Shown here one piece after another: positions 56,069 through 64,000 of a stretch of DNA of 64,000 nt. Every line of letters starts with the position of its first letter. Position 1 is the stretch's first letter. The stretch covers positions 2,280-66,279 of the forward strand of contig JACPEW010000018.1 of NCBI GenBank assembly GCA_016183305.1, in the 5' to 3' direction. The stretch comes from Candidatus Daviesbacteria bacterium (GTDB taxonomy: Bacteria; Patescibacteriota; Microgenomatia; Daviesbacterales; UBA10151). Below the pieces are notes generated by a model. The model made no database searches, had not been told where the DNA came from, and worked only from the letters and a program-made list of their open reading frames with translations. The position numbers and the translations under genes were made by a program.

Positions 56069-56574
56069 TATCAAAAGGCCATACGCTTTGGTTAATGCCA
56101 TCAGGACAAACATATGAGAGATTTGCTGATTTAATAAAAAAACCCGCTATGGAATACAATGCTCCTGTATTCCAACCTCACATCACATTATTAGGAGAAT
56201 TTATGCAATTACAGGATGAATGTATTCAAAAAACAAAAAAATTAGTTACTGGTCAGAAACCTTTCGTTGTTAATCTACAGGAAATCGGTTTTCAGGATTA
56301 TTTTTTCCGGACATTGTTTGTGTATGCTCACAAAACAAGCCCGTTACAAAATTTACATAATAAAGCAAAAGAAATATTCCAAATGCAGGATATTCCCTCC
56401 TATATGCCACACCTGAGTCTCCTGTATGGAAATTTTCCTCAAGATGTTAAAAATAAGATTATTCAAAAAATTGGTAAAAACCAATCTGCGCAACTAGAAA
56501 TTAATTCTGTTTATTTAGTTAAGGGCGGTGAAATAAAAGACTGGCAAATTATCAGTGGATTTCCTTTAGCCTAA
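56065..56574 (+). CDS. 2H phosphoesterase (cyclic phosphodiesterase-like)
   Basis: LWLMP, PHITL, PHLSLLYG. Confidence 0.85.
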   Translation: MISKGHTLWLMPSGQTYERFADLIKKPAMEYNAPVFQPHITLLGEFMQLQDECIQKTKKLVTGQKPFVVNLQEIGFQDYFFRTLFVYAHKTSPLQNLHNKAKEIFQMQDIPSYMPHLSLLYGNFPQDVKNKIIQKIGKNQSAQLEINSVYLVKGGEIKDWQIISGFPLA

Positions 56575-56575
56575 G

Positions 56576-57508
56576 CTATTTTTTAACTGCATGCTGGCCG
56601 AATTTGCCTCTTAAGGCAGAAATTACTTTATTCCTAAATCCATTGGGAGAATCCTCTGGAATAGCTGCTGATTCTGATCTAACCTTCATTGAGTCTTCTA
56701 AGACTGGGGTATCCACACCCAGCTCTTTTGCCAAATCAACTGTCCAATCCCCTTCTGCTTTAACCCTTTGTGTGCCTGCCCCTCCTGAACCAATTACAGA
56801 GGAAGTATCAGATAATTTAGAATCTTCTTCAAAAGCCTCTTTTGCCCAACCAACAAGGCGTGATTCTATCACAGACCTGTGGTTATATAAATCTAAAAGC
56901 TTAACAAAATCATATTTAAATTGTGAAAATTTTAAGATTGCTAAACCTTCCCCAATTGATTCCATCATCCCATACTCAATAGCATTGTGGACCATTTTAG
57001 CAAAATGACCTGACCCTGCTGGGCCTAAATATTGATAAGCCCCTGGAGCAGCAGCTGCTTTAGCAAGAGGCTCAATTTTTTTAAAATCTTCTTCATTTCC
57101 ACCTATCATCAAACAAGCCCCATTCCTAGCTCCTTTAGGCCCTCCTGATACTCCAATATCCATAAAGTTAATACCTTTTTCTGCTAATTTTTCTGCCCTT
57201 CTTAAACTATCTTTATAAAAAGAATTAGCCCCATCAATTACTAAATCTCCTGGGGATAAAAGTGGAATAAGTTCATCAATATGTTGATCTGTTACCTCAC
57301 CTGCTGGCAGCATTAACCAAATAATCCTGGGTGTTTCTAATTTGGAAACTAAATCCTTGATTGTCTCTGCTCCAATTGCTCCAGCTTTTACCACTTCTTC
57401 TACTGGTTCTTTTGACCGGTTCCAAGCCACAACTTCAATGCCATGCTCAAGCAGCCTTAAGACCATATTTTTTCCCATCCTGCCCAAACCAATATAACCT
57501 AGTTTCAT
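56576..57508 (-). CDS. gnd: 6-phosphogluconate dehydrogenase, decarboxylating (short type)
   Basis: GLGRMG, DIGVSGG, KMVHNAIEYG, R..FG.H. Confidence 0.93.
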   Translation of the reverse strand: MKLGYIGLGRMGKNMVLRLLEHGIEVVAWNRSKEPVEEVVKAGAIGAETIKDLVSKLETPRIIWLMLPAGEVTDQHIDELIPLLSPGDLVIDGANSFYKDSLRRAEKLAEKGINFMDIGVSGGPKGARNGACLMIGGNEEDFKKIEPLAKAAAAPGAYQYLGPAGSGHFAKMVHNAIEYGMMESIGEGLAILKFSQFKYDFVKLLDLYNHRSVIESRLVGWAKEAFEEDSKLSDTSSVIGSGGAGTQRVKAEGDWTVDLAKELGVDTPVLEDSMKVRSESAAIPEDSPNGFRNKVISALRGKFGQHAVKK

Positions 57509-57541
57509 TGTCTACCAATGTACTAAACCTGAATCTTTTTT

Positions 57542-58147
57542 TCAAGAAGATTTTAGTTCTGTATAAACTACCAGTCTGTTAGAGTAATTCCTGGTGCCTG
57601 TATTCCATTCTTCAGTACAAGTTATTAAATTTAATCTTGGTTTATCAGCAGAAGCAAAAACTTCCTGTAAAGGAACCTTGTCAAATGGATAAGTTTGACT
57701 TTGGGTAACAACAAAGGTTAACTTTTTACCATTTCTATCAGTAACAATTACCTCATCACCTGGGGTTAAATTACCAATATAATAAAACACAGCAGGGGAG
57801 CCGGTTGCTGTGTCTAAATGACCAGCCACCACAGCGCTTCCCTCTTCCCCTGGTTTAAATCCCAGGTTATACCAGCCAACATTATATACATCTTTTGGTA
57901 CATCCATTTTGCCTTCCCTATCTTCTCCCACTGATTCCACACTGGTATTAACATTTAACTTAGGGATGCTCAAAGTTACAGGTTCTGAAACAACTATTTC
58001 TTGTGGTTTTTTCTGCTCAGGGTAGGTTTGTAAAACAGCAGGCGCTGGAGAAACCAAAGGGCTGGTTTTATCTTGGGCATACATTAATCCACCAGTCATC
58101 CCAATTAAAATGAATGTAAAAACCAACGTCTTTTTTACGCCTGCCAT
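57542..58147 (-). CDS. class F sortase
   Basis: VGWY...PGEEGSAVVAGHLD, LNLITC, R in YSNRLVV. Confidence 0.9.
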   Translation of the reverse strand: MAGVKKTLVFTFILIGMTGGLMYAQDKTSPLVSPAPAVLQTYPEQKKPQEIVVSEPVTLSIPKLNVNTSVESVGEDREGKMDVPKDVYNVGWYNLGFKPGEEGSAVVAGHLDTATGSPAVFYYIGNLTPGDEVIVTDRNGKKLTFVVTQSQTYPFDKVPLQEVFASADKPRLNLITCTEEWNTGTRNYSNRLVVYTELKSS

Positions 58148-58165
58148 TTTATTACCTACTCCAAA

Positions 58166-58354
58166 TTAATACCCACCCATCCCTGTTGCAGGAGCGCCTG
58201 CAGGAACTCTAGTAGTTGGAGATGCTGTGGCCCCAGGACTTGCTGTTGGATTGCTAGTTGGGCTAGGAGTTGCTGTTTGAGCAAAGACTAAGCCTACTGT
58301 TGCTGCAAAAGCAGTGATCAAAGCGCCAACTGAAAGTAAAGCTTTTTTAATCAT
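58166..58354 (-). CDS. tiny secreted Thr/Pro-rich protein ending PAGAPATGMGG, probable sortase substrate
   Basis: signal peptide ...VFA/Q; GGAGGTG RBS; directly upstream of the sortase. Confidence 0.7.
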   Translation of the reverse strand: MIKKALLSVGALITAFAATVGLVFAQTATPSPTSNPTASPGATASPTTRVPAGAPATGMGGY

Positions 58355-58519
58355 TAATATACTCACCTCCTTGCCCTAAACTAATCTTCAGAAGACTAGT
58401 ATATTTTCCTGCTTTTAAAGATGAATCAGGATTAGGTAAGAGATTAGTGATAATCTTTTAGAAGTGACTAGTAACTAGAGTAAAGAGTCTAGTATAATAA
58501 TCCCTAGACTTTATTTACT

Positions 58520-59338
58520 ATGTTTGTTTTATTTGATATAGGCGGGACTAATATGAGGGTTGGTGCTTCTGCTGATGGACAAACAATTAGCCAAAGCAAA
58601 ATAATTCCTACTCCACAAGGTTTTACTGATGGGGTCAAGCAGCTAAAACAAATTGCCCAGAAATTATCGGAAGGAGAAGAAATTACAGGAGTAGCTGGTG
58701 GTATTGCAGGAGCCTTAGATAAAACTAAATCTATTTTAGTAGCAAGCCCTCATCTAACCGGCTGGGTTAATCAACCTCTAAAAGTGGAGCTAGAAAGAAT
58801 CTTTGATTGTAGGGTAGAACTGGAAAATGATGCTAACTTAAATGGTTTGGGGGAGGCAGTTAATGGATCTGGAAAAGGGAAAAAAGTTGTAGCTATGATA
58901 ACTTTAGGTACAGGTGTGGGGGGAGCCAGGATAGTAGATAGTAAACTTGATAAAAACATCTGGGGGTTTGAACCAGGCCATCAAGTTATTATTCCTGAAG
59001 GGAACCTCTGTAATTGTGGTGGCAAAGGGCATCTGGAAGCATATGTGGCAGGATCATATCTGGAGAAGATTTACCAGAAAAAAGCAGAGGATATTAAAGA
59101 TGATGCTGTTTGGGATCAGATTGCCAAGTATTTAAGCATTGGACTAAATAATTTAACAGTTTTCTGGTCACCTGAGGTAATTATTTTAGGAGGATCAATG
59201 ATTAAAAGCTTACCATTCGAAAAGGTCAGAACATATCTAAAAGCAGAATTAAAAATCTTCCCTACTCCACCTAAGATAGTTCTGGCTACCCTAGGAGATG
59301 AGGCAGGCTTATATGGAGCACTAGAACTCCTTAAGTGA
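58520..59338 (+). CDS. ROK family sugar kinase (glucokinase-like)
   Basis: DIGGT, ENDAN, TLGTGVGG, EPGH, CNCGGKGHLE. Confidence 0.92.
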   Translation: MFVLFDIGGTNMRVGASADGQTISQSKIIPTPQGFTDGVKQLKQIAQKLSEGEEITGVAGGIAGALDKTKSILVASPHLTGWVNQPLKVELERIFDCRVELENDANLNGLGEAVNGSGKGKKVVAMITLGTGVGGARIVDSKLDKNIWGFEPGHQVIIPEGNLCNCGGKGHLEAYVAGSYLEKIYQKKAEDIKDDAVWDQIAKYLSIGLNNLTVFWSPEVIILGGSMIKSLPFEKVRTYLKAELKIFPTPPKIVLATLGDEAGLYGALELLK

Positions 59339-59352
59339 TAGAATATACTTCT

Positions 59353-59431
59353 GTGGGTTAACTTCTTTGTTCTATTTCGCCTTCGGCGATAAATTGATGT
59401 TAACCCGCTTAAAGTCCATTTAAGACTTTAA
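59353..59431 (-). repeat. structured element of about 80 bp, copy B, abutting tRNA-Arg
   Basis: reverse complement aligns with 42362-42441; inner hairpin cgccgaaggcg. Confidence 0.7.
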
Positions 59432-59508
59432 GCCCCTGTAGCTCAGCGGATTAGAGCGCTTCGCTTCGGACGAAGAAGTCGGGGGTTCAATTCCCTCCAG
59501 GGGCTCCA
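59432..59508 (+). tRNA. tRNA-Arg(TCG)
   Basis: GCCCCTG/CAGGGGC acceptor, cttcg-cttcgga-cgaag, GTTCAATTC, CCA. Confidence 0.95.
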
Positions 59509-59600
59509 AGAGATATCTAGGTTGCTACGTCAAGCTAATCAGTGGTTTTCTAGGTTTACAGTTATGTTCCGGAAGTTTTTAATTATTTTGTAGTTGAAAA

Positions 59601-60071
59601 TTACTTGCTCATTAATTCGTGCAAGTTTTGCCATTCCTCGTTATCAAATAATTCTTTTACTTTGAGGTATTTATTCTTTCTTTCTCTTATATTTTCCCTT
59701 TCTCCATCGGAAACCGAAGTAGAAAACAAAGCACGATCTGCTTCTTCGAGCATTTTCTGGTAATAATCTTTCATCAGTTCCTTTTTTGCCTCAATTAAAA
59801 TTGAATCTAAAATATCTTTAAGTTTAGGAATTCTCCCTGCTATAAAATTCATTATCTTCTCACTTGTCTGGCCTCTGGCAACCATCTCGTTTACTTCCTT
59901 TATTCCTGTATTCCCCAGTTCTTTTTCCAGCTTTTCGGTTAAAAACTTCTCCCAAACTAAAGCACCAAGATGGCTATCTATCCTAGCTTTATCTTCATCC
60001 TTAATATTTTTAAAGCCTAAAATAGTTAATAAATCGTAGTTATTCAAATTTTGTTCATCTCTATCACTCAT
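59601..60071 (-). CDS. helical hypothetical protein
   Basis: 4-bp overlap with the upstream giant gene. Confidence 0.65.
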   Translation of the reverse strand: MSDRDEQNLNNYDLLTILGFKNIKDEDKARIDSHLGALVWEKFLTEKLEKELGNTGIKEVNEMVARGQTSEKIMNFIAGRIPKLKDILDSILIEAKKELMKDYYQKMLEEADRALFSTSVSDGERENIRERKNKYLKVKELFDNEEWQNLHELMSK

Positions 60072-63000
60072 TTTGTCACACTTTCTTCTCTAGATTGAGA
60101 AAACGATTCCCTCAGTCGCTTACCTGTTAGTTGCAGGTACAGCGCATTAAGAACATTAAATTTTGATGGTCCTATTTCACCTTGAAGTAGTTTCGTTTGA
60201 ATCACCCTATCCATAATATCAGTTCTGTTTTGCACAGTCGCAACATCTCCTTTGCCTCGCGTATGAATTAATACTGCCAAGTCGTAAAGAGTCTGAAAGT
60301 CTTGTGGTATTTCAATATGAGCTTGCTTTAATGCTTCCGTTCGTTCATTTCCACTCATATCTTTTAAGCTATCCTGTCCCTCGTTCATCCTCAGAAAAGA
60401 GCTTCTTAAACTTGGAGGGAATCTATCAGCAACGCCTGTGCTAGGGGTTACATAGCCGGAAGCAACATTTGCAAAGGCTTCTTGAGGACTAACAATGCCA
60501 CTGTCTCCCACAATAGTCTTTATACCTTCTGGAGCTTCCGCAAGCCATTGTAATGCTGGTCCATGTTCCCTAAGGTTAAACTTAAGAGCTAAATCTAAAT
60601 AACGTCCAGAGACTTGCTCAATATCTCCCGAGCTTTGTTCGCTACCATTTACAAGATGATCTTCTATCGCCGATACTAAAAGAAATTCAATACCAGTTAG
60701 TCTATTTTCCTTGACTGAACGCTCCATTCTACTTCGGATTTCCCTTTGTCTTAAGGTTGGGGTAACTCTTTTTAGCGCAAAATAGGCAAGTGCCAAAGCG
60801 GCAATAGGAAGACCTGTTTCTGTAGCTACTTTGCCAATTCCATCCCACTCAGAAACTTTTTCTGTAACCTCTTCGGGTTTAAGTAGCTGCGGAGGAAGAT
60901 AATGATCAGATTGCTTTTGTAGGTTCTGTTTTATTCTCTCGATTCTTTGATCAGGTACAGGACTAACCGGAGCTCCTACAGATGGTTGACTATCTGGTGA
61001 ACCAAAGGGCATATCTCCCGGCAGTACATAAGGAGTGTTATCCACTAGATATAGAGTACCATCGGGTAAATAAACCACATTATTTTGGTGGGATATATAA
61101 GAAAACAAAGTACCATTTATATTATAGAGTGTATTTCCTGGCTGATTGGCTATCTTGACTCCAGCGGATTCTAATAATTCTTTGGTTACATTAGAAGCAA
61201 CGCTACAAAAGTATTTTGCCTGTGGATCTTCAGCAACAGAGACAATACTATCAAACCCCGTGCTTTTTTTATTGATCTGGAAATCCAAACCATAAGCTCT
61301 AGTATTAGAATATTGCGCAAACAAAGTAAGATATTTCGTAACAATATTTGCAGCTTGAGTTCGATCCTTATTTTCACTAATTTGCCAAACAATCATTTCC
61401 TGTAAGAAATTCTTATGGAGCGTTTGTAATTTAGGATCATTTCTTAACTGATCATTAATTTCCATTGCTTTTGTCATATCAAACTTAGGGTTATATTCCC
61501 CAAAAGGAGAAATCCTTCCTAAAGACTGTACTCTGCCTGAAGTATCATTTAGCGTTTCTCTGGGCACTGGTTTAACCATAACAACGACTTCACTTGGCAT
61601 ATCTTTGGCGTCCTGCCAAAAAAGAGCTTTTTCCTTATTCATCATTGGAACCTTACCTCCAACTTGATAGGTACTTATTATCTCCCACCCAGAAGGTGGG
61701 TATAGACTTTGGTATACAATTTTGGGTTTATAAACCAAAATATCATCACCCCCGGGGACTAATTGAGTCTCTTCAAACAAGTTAACCCTATATGCATTTC
61801 CGAACGGTTCTAAAGGTTGTCCTTGCAAAGCCATAGGTTTACCGCCTACAAATTGCTCAATAGGGAAATACCCAATTGCTTCGCCATTTTGTCCGCTAAA
61901 CTCACCTTTTGGTAGCTGCAAAATATCAGCGTAAGCAAGAGGTCTTAGTCCTCGAAGTTCGGCAAGAGATATGCGGTCAGGCAGTCTGTCTTCGTATCGG
62001 GGCATTACCAATCCTCCAGAGCTTTGTGTAGCTGATTCCCTCACTGGCAACTTTACTTTAAAGCCAGCTAGATCAACTGTGTTTGAGGGGAGTTCTATCC
62101 TTGGCACCTCAACACCCATTTTATTTAATTGCGTTAATACTTCACCACCTCCAAAAATCAAGGCACCAACAACAAGAGACATCGTTGATAAACGGGCAAT
62201 ATTTGACCATAAGAGAGTGTCTCGTGTTCTTTGTGAAAGTCTTTGAGTAAAGCTGCTTTCATTCTTTCGTATTTCTGAATGCGCTAGTGCTCTCAACCTT
62301 CTTTGTTTTTCAGCAATTTGTCTCTCTACATCTTCCAAACTTGCAACAGAAGTAGCTTTATAAGCCTCCCAATCTATTGAGCCGTCCTTTTTAATATACT
62401 TTCCTAATTTTTCGCTTAATTCTGACAATAAGCTTGTCCTTACCCTTTCTTCCTGCGGTGAAGGTGCTAAAAGTTGTATTGTAAGATCATTACTTCTGGA
62501 AACAGAGGTCCCTTTTTTAATACTCATAGCAACCTCAGCGCCTTCTCTAAGTGGACCTTTCATTTCTATTTCAAAAATTGAATCGGCTATTTTTATATTG
62601 AGGCTACCACCGGCTGAAAGATAATCTTCAACAAAACCTCTTAAAGTAAGCGGTAAATCTGCATATCTCCCTCGGAAACTACCTGCAGCAGCAAGTTCTG
62701 CTACAATTTTGCCTTGCTGAACGTTTATAGTACCATTACTTTCCGACATAAACTTTGTTAATGCTGAGACTGCTCCGTGTTTGTGTTCTTCCAAATTCCT
62801 GCGCGTGTACCGCATATTTTCACCAGTTTCTTTTATTACTTCCTTTATTCCTAATGCTTGTGTTGCATCCTGTAAACCCAAAGCTTTAACTAAAACCTGG
62901 CAAAAAGCTTTTGAGGAAACAACAACGGCTTTTCTCCCTTCAGCTTCAAGCCTTCTTTTTATACTTTCATCCTGTGTTATAAGAACATCTTCCGGAAAAT

Positions 63001-64000
63001 TTCTCTCTTGGGCAATTTTCCTCCAAGCCAATACTAAAGCTTGACTCGTGTTGGCAGGTAAATTAGAAAAAATGGATTGATCAATTCCTGCTTCAGTACA
63101 GACTTCGTCCTCTTTGACTTCAACACAATTTTCTAAAATTCTGGAAAAAATCGTTGGATTTTCACAATGTTTTAAAGTAACAGCAATTAAATCTTTTGCA
63201 CTTCCGTCAATTGTGACCGAGTCTTTTGATCTGGATGGATTATAACCATACCTTGCTGTTACGCTTGGATCTCCAAATCCATAAAAACTCCAATTTAGTG
63301 CGTATCTTGCATCCCATCCCCATGTTCGTAGTTTTAGCCCACCTTCATACATAAATTCCACAGTTTTAGCTCCTGCATTTCTTCCAACCAGATCATCAGG
63401 CAAAATTTCGACTTTATGAGATGATTTCTGAACGGTTTCTGGGGATTCACAAAGCATCCTTCTGGTCTCTTCTTCTGTAAAAGATTGGCCATCTACAGAT
63501 TCTCCAATTTGAATTACCATCAAGTTAGCTGATTTAGGAGCTATCTCGGATCCTTTCAATTTACAACCTTCGTAGCGAGGATTTGCTGGTAAAAAAGAAG
63601 TTGGAATACCTTTAAGTGCTTCTACGATAGATTGATCAGGATTATCAATTCCTACAACTGTTTCGGTAACGTCGTTAGGAGTATATTCGTATTCCACTAC
63701 AAAGCGGGGTGCTTTTTGATGTACTGGATCCATAATTTTCATTTTTCCTTTTCCTCTCCAGGCATATATTTGATCTTGCACATTCTTAGCCCTTGAAGAA
63801 TAATCTATTGAAGATATATGCTGGTCAGTTAGAGCAGCTGTTGCGGCAACAGTTCCGCCTCTACCGTGTTTACCTAAAGTTGCACTTTCGGCTGTATGGG
63901 CAATATCTGCTATTTGGTAAGGAGATAACCCTTCAGAGCCAGCAATCTTGTTATGGAATTCAATTCTTACTGGACTAGGAGTTTCACCGGTAAGTTCAGT
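60068..64000 (-). CDS. very large protein, start outside the window: GHKL-like motif, TM, transglutaminase-like domain, TM
   Basis: frame stays open from 63781 to 64000 (…ATLGKHGRGG…); YFCSVAS, SHQNN, LVDNTP suggest a Cys-His-Asp triad. Confidence 0.6.
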   Translation of the reverse strand, partial: TELTGETPSPVRIEFHNKIAGSEGLSPYQIADIAHTAESATLGKHGRGGTVAATAALTDQHISSIDYSSRAKNVQDQIYAWRGKGKMKIMDPVHQKAPRFVVEYEYTPNDVTETVVGIDNPDQSIVEALKGIPTSFLPANPRYEGCKLKGSEIAPKSANLMVIQIGESVDGQSFTEEETRRMLCESPETVQKSSHKVEILPDDLVGRNAGAKTVEFMYEGGLKLRTWGWDARYALNWSFYGFGDPSVTARYGYNPSRSKDSVTIDGSAKDLIAVTLKHCENPTIFSRILENCVEVKEDEVCTEAGIDQSIFSNLPANTSQALVLAWRKIAQERNFPEDVLITQDESIKRRLEAEGRKAVVVSSKAFCQVLVKALGLQDATQALGIKEVIKETGENMRYTRRNLEEHKHGAVSALTKFMSESNGTINVQQGKIVAELAAAGSFRGRYADLPLTLRGFVEDYLSAGGSLNIKIADSIFEIEMKGPLREGAEVAMSIKKGTSVSRSNDLTIQLLAPSPQEERVRTSLLSELSEKLGKYIKKDGSIDWEAYKATSVASLEDVERQIAEKQRRLRALAHSEIRKNESSFTQRLSQRTRDTLLWSNIARLSTMSLVVGALIFGGGEVLTQLNKMGVEVPRIELPSNTVDLAGFKVKLPVRESATQSSGGLVMPRYEDRLPDRISLAELRGLRPLAYADILQLPKGEFSGQNGEAIGYFPIEQFVGGKPMALQGQPLEPFGNAYRVNLFEETQLVPGGDDILVYKPKIVYQSLYPPSGWEIISTYQVGGKVPMMNKEKALFWQDAKDMPSEVVVMVKPVPRETLNDTSGRVQSLGRISPFGEYNPKFDMTKAMEINDQLRNDPKLQTLHKNFLQEMIVWQISENKDRTQAANIVTKYLTLFAQYSNTRAYGLDFQINKKSTGFDSIVSVAEDPQAKYFCSVASNVTKELLESAGVKIANQPGNTLYNINGTLFSYISHQNNVVYLPDGTLYLVDNTPYVLPGDMPFGSPDSQPSVGAPVSPVPDQRIERIKQNLQKQSDHYLPPQLLKPEEVTEKVSEWDGIGKVATETGLPIAALALAYFALKRVTPTLRQREIRSRMERSVKENRLTGIEFLLVSAIEDHLVNGSEQSSGDIEQVSGRYLDLALKFNLREHGPALQWLAEAPEGIKTIVGDSGIVSPQEAFANVASGYVTPSTGVADRFPPSLRSSFLRMNEGQDSLKDMSGNERTEALKQAHIEIPQDFQTLYDLAVLIHTRGKGDVATVQNRTDIMDRVIQTKLLQGEIGPSKFNVLNALYLQLTGKRLRESFSQSREESVTK

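Noticed and set aside
1165..63044. Many short ORF-track entries antisense to or nested in long genes (for example 1165-1425, 6888-7142, 9088-10140, 20537-20947, 48465-48845, 56604-57008, 61971-63044)
   Set aside because: Shadow frames of well-supported genes with no motifs of their own.
734..63781. Alternative genetic code (UGA read as Gly)
   Set aside because: Genes translate full length in code 11 and several end in TGA.
63793..63978. 61-aa plus-strand ORF
   Set aside because: Antisense to the open upstream extension of the giant minus-strand gene.
1..64000. CRISPR array or cas genes
   Set aside because: No run of equal-length repeats with unique 25-45 bp spacers; the junction repeats are 0.4-6 kb apart; no Cas motifs.

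Overview
AT-rich, gene-dense bacterial DNA. The gene content, short intergenic spaces and tRNA set look like Patescibacteria/CPR, probably Microgenomates; this is inferred, not searched. The backbone carries sugar, pentose-phosphate and stress genes (two GH63-like hydrolases, transketolase, a GT4, msrA/msrB, pyrD, dinB, DEAD helicase, dus, gmk, cupin GPI, zwf, gnd, ROK kinase, class F sortase) and six tRNAs. Three layers of structure are not explained by the ORF track. (1) Islands downstream of tRNA-Gly (25.7-34.4 kb) and tRNA-His (42.6-47.4 kb) have no integrase, yet are cut into cargo cassettes by co-oriented junctions. Most junctions are a tRNA-3'-end-like motif fused to a conserved, start-less peptide tail resembling a serine-recombinase C-terminus. 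(2) At least three families of small palindromic or heptameric repeats have invaded protein genes in frame (dinB, tkt, a Ni transporter, msrB, a GT-C-like protein, a glycoside hydrolase); one copy lies beside a GIY-YIG nuclease gene. (3) There are several promoter- and terminator-bounded structured small RNAs, two of them tail-to-tail with nuclease-fold genes (NYN, DUF3800-like), plus a candidate Ile/Leu leader-peptide attenuator. All product calls come from motif recognition by eye.
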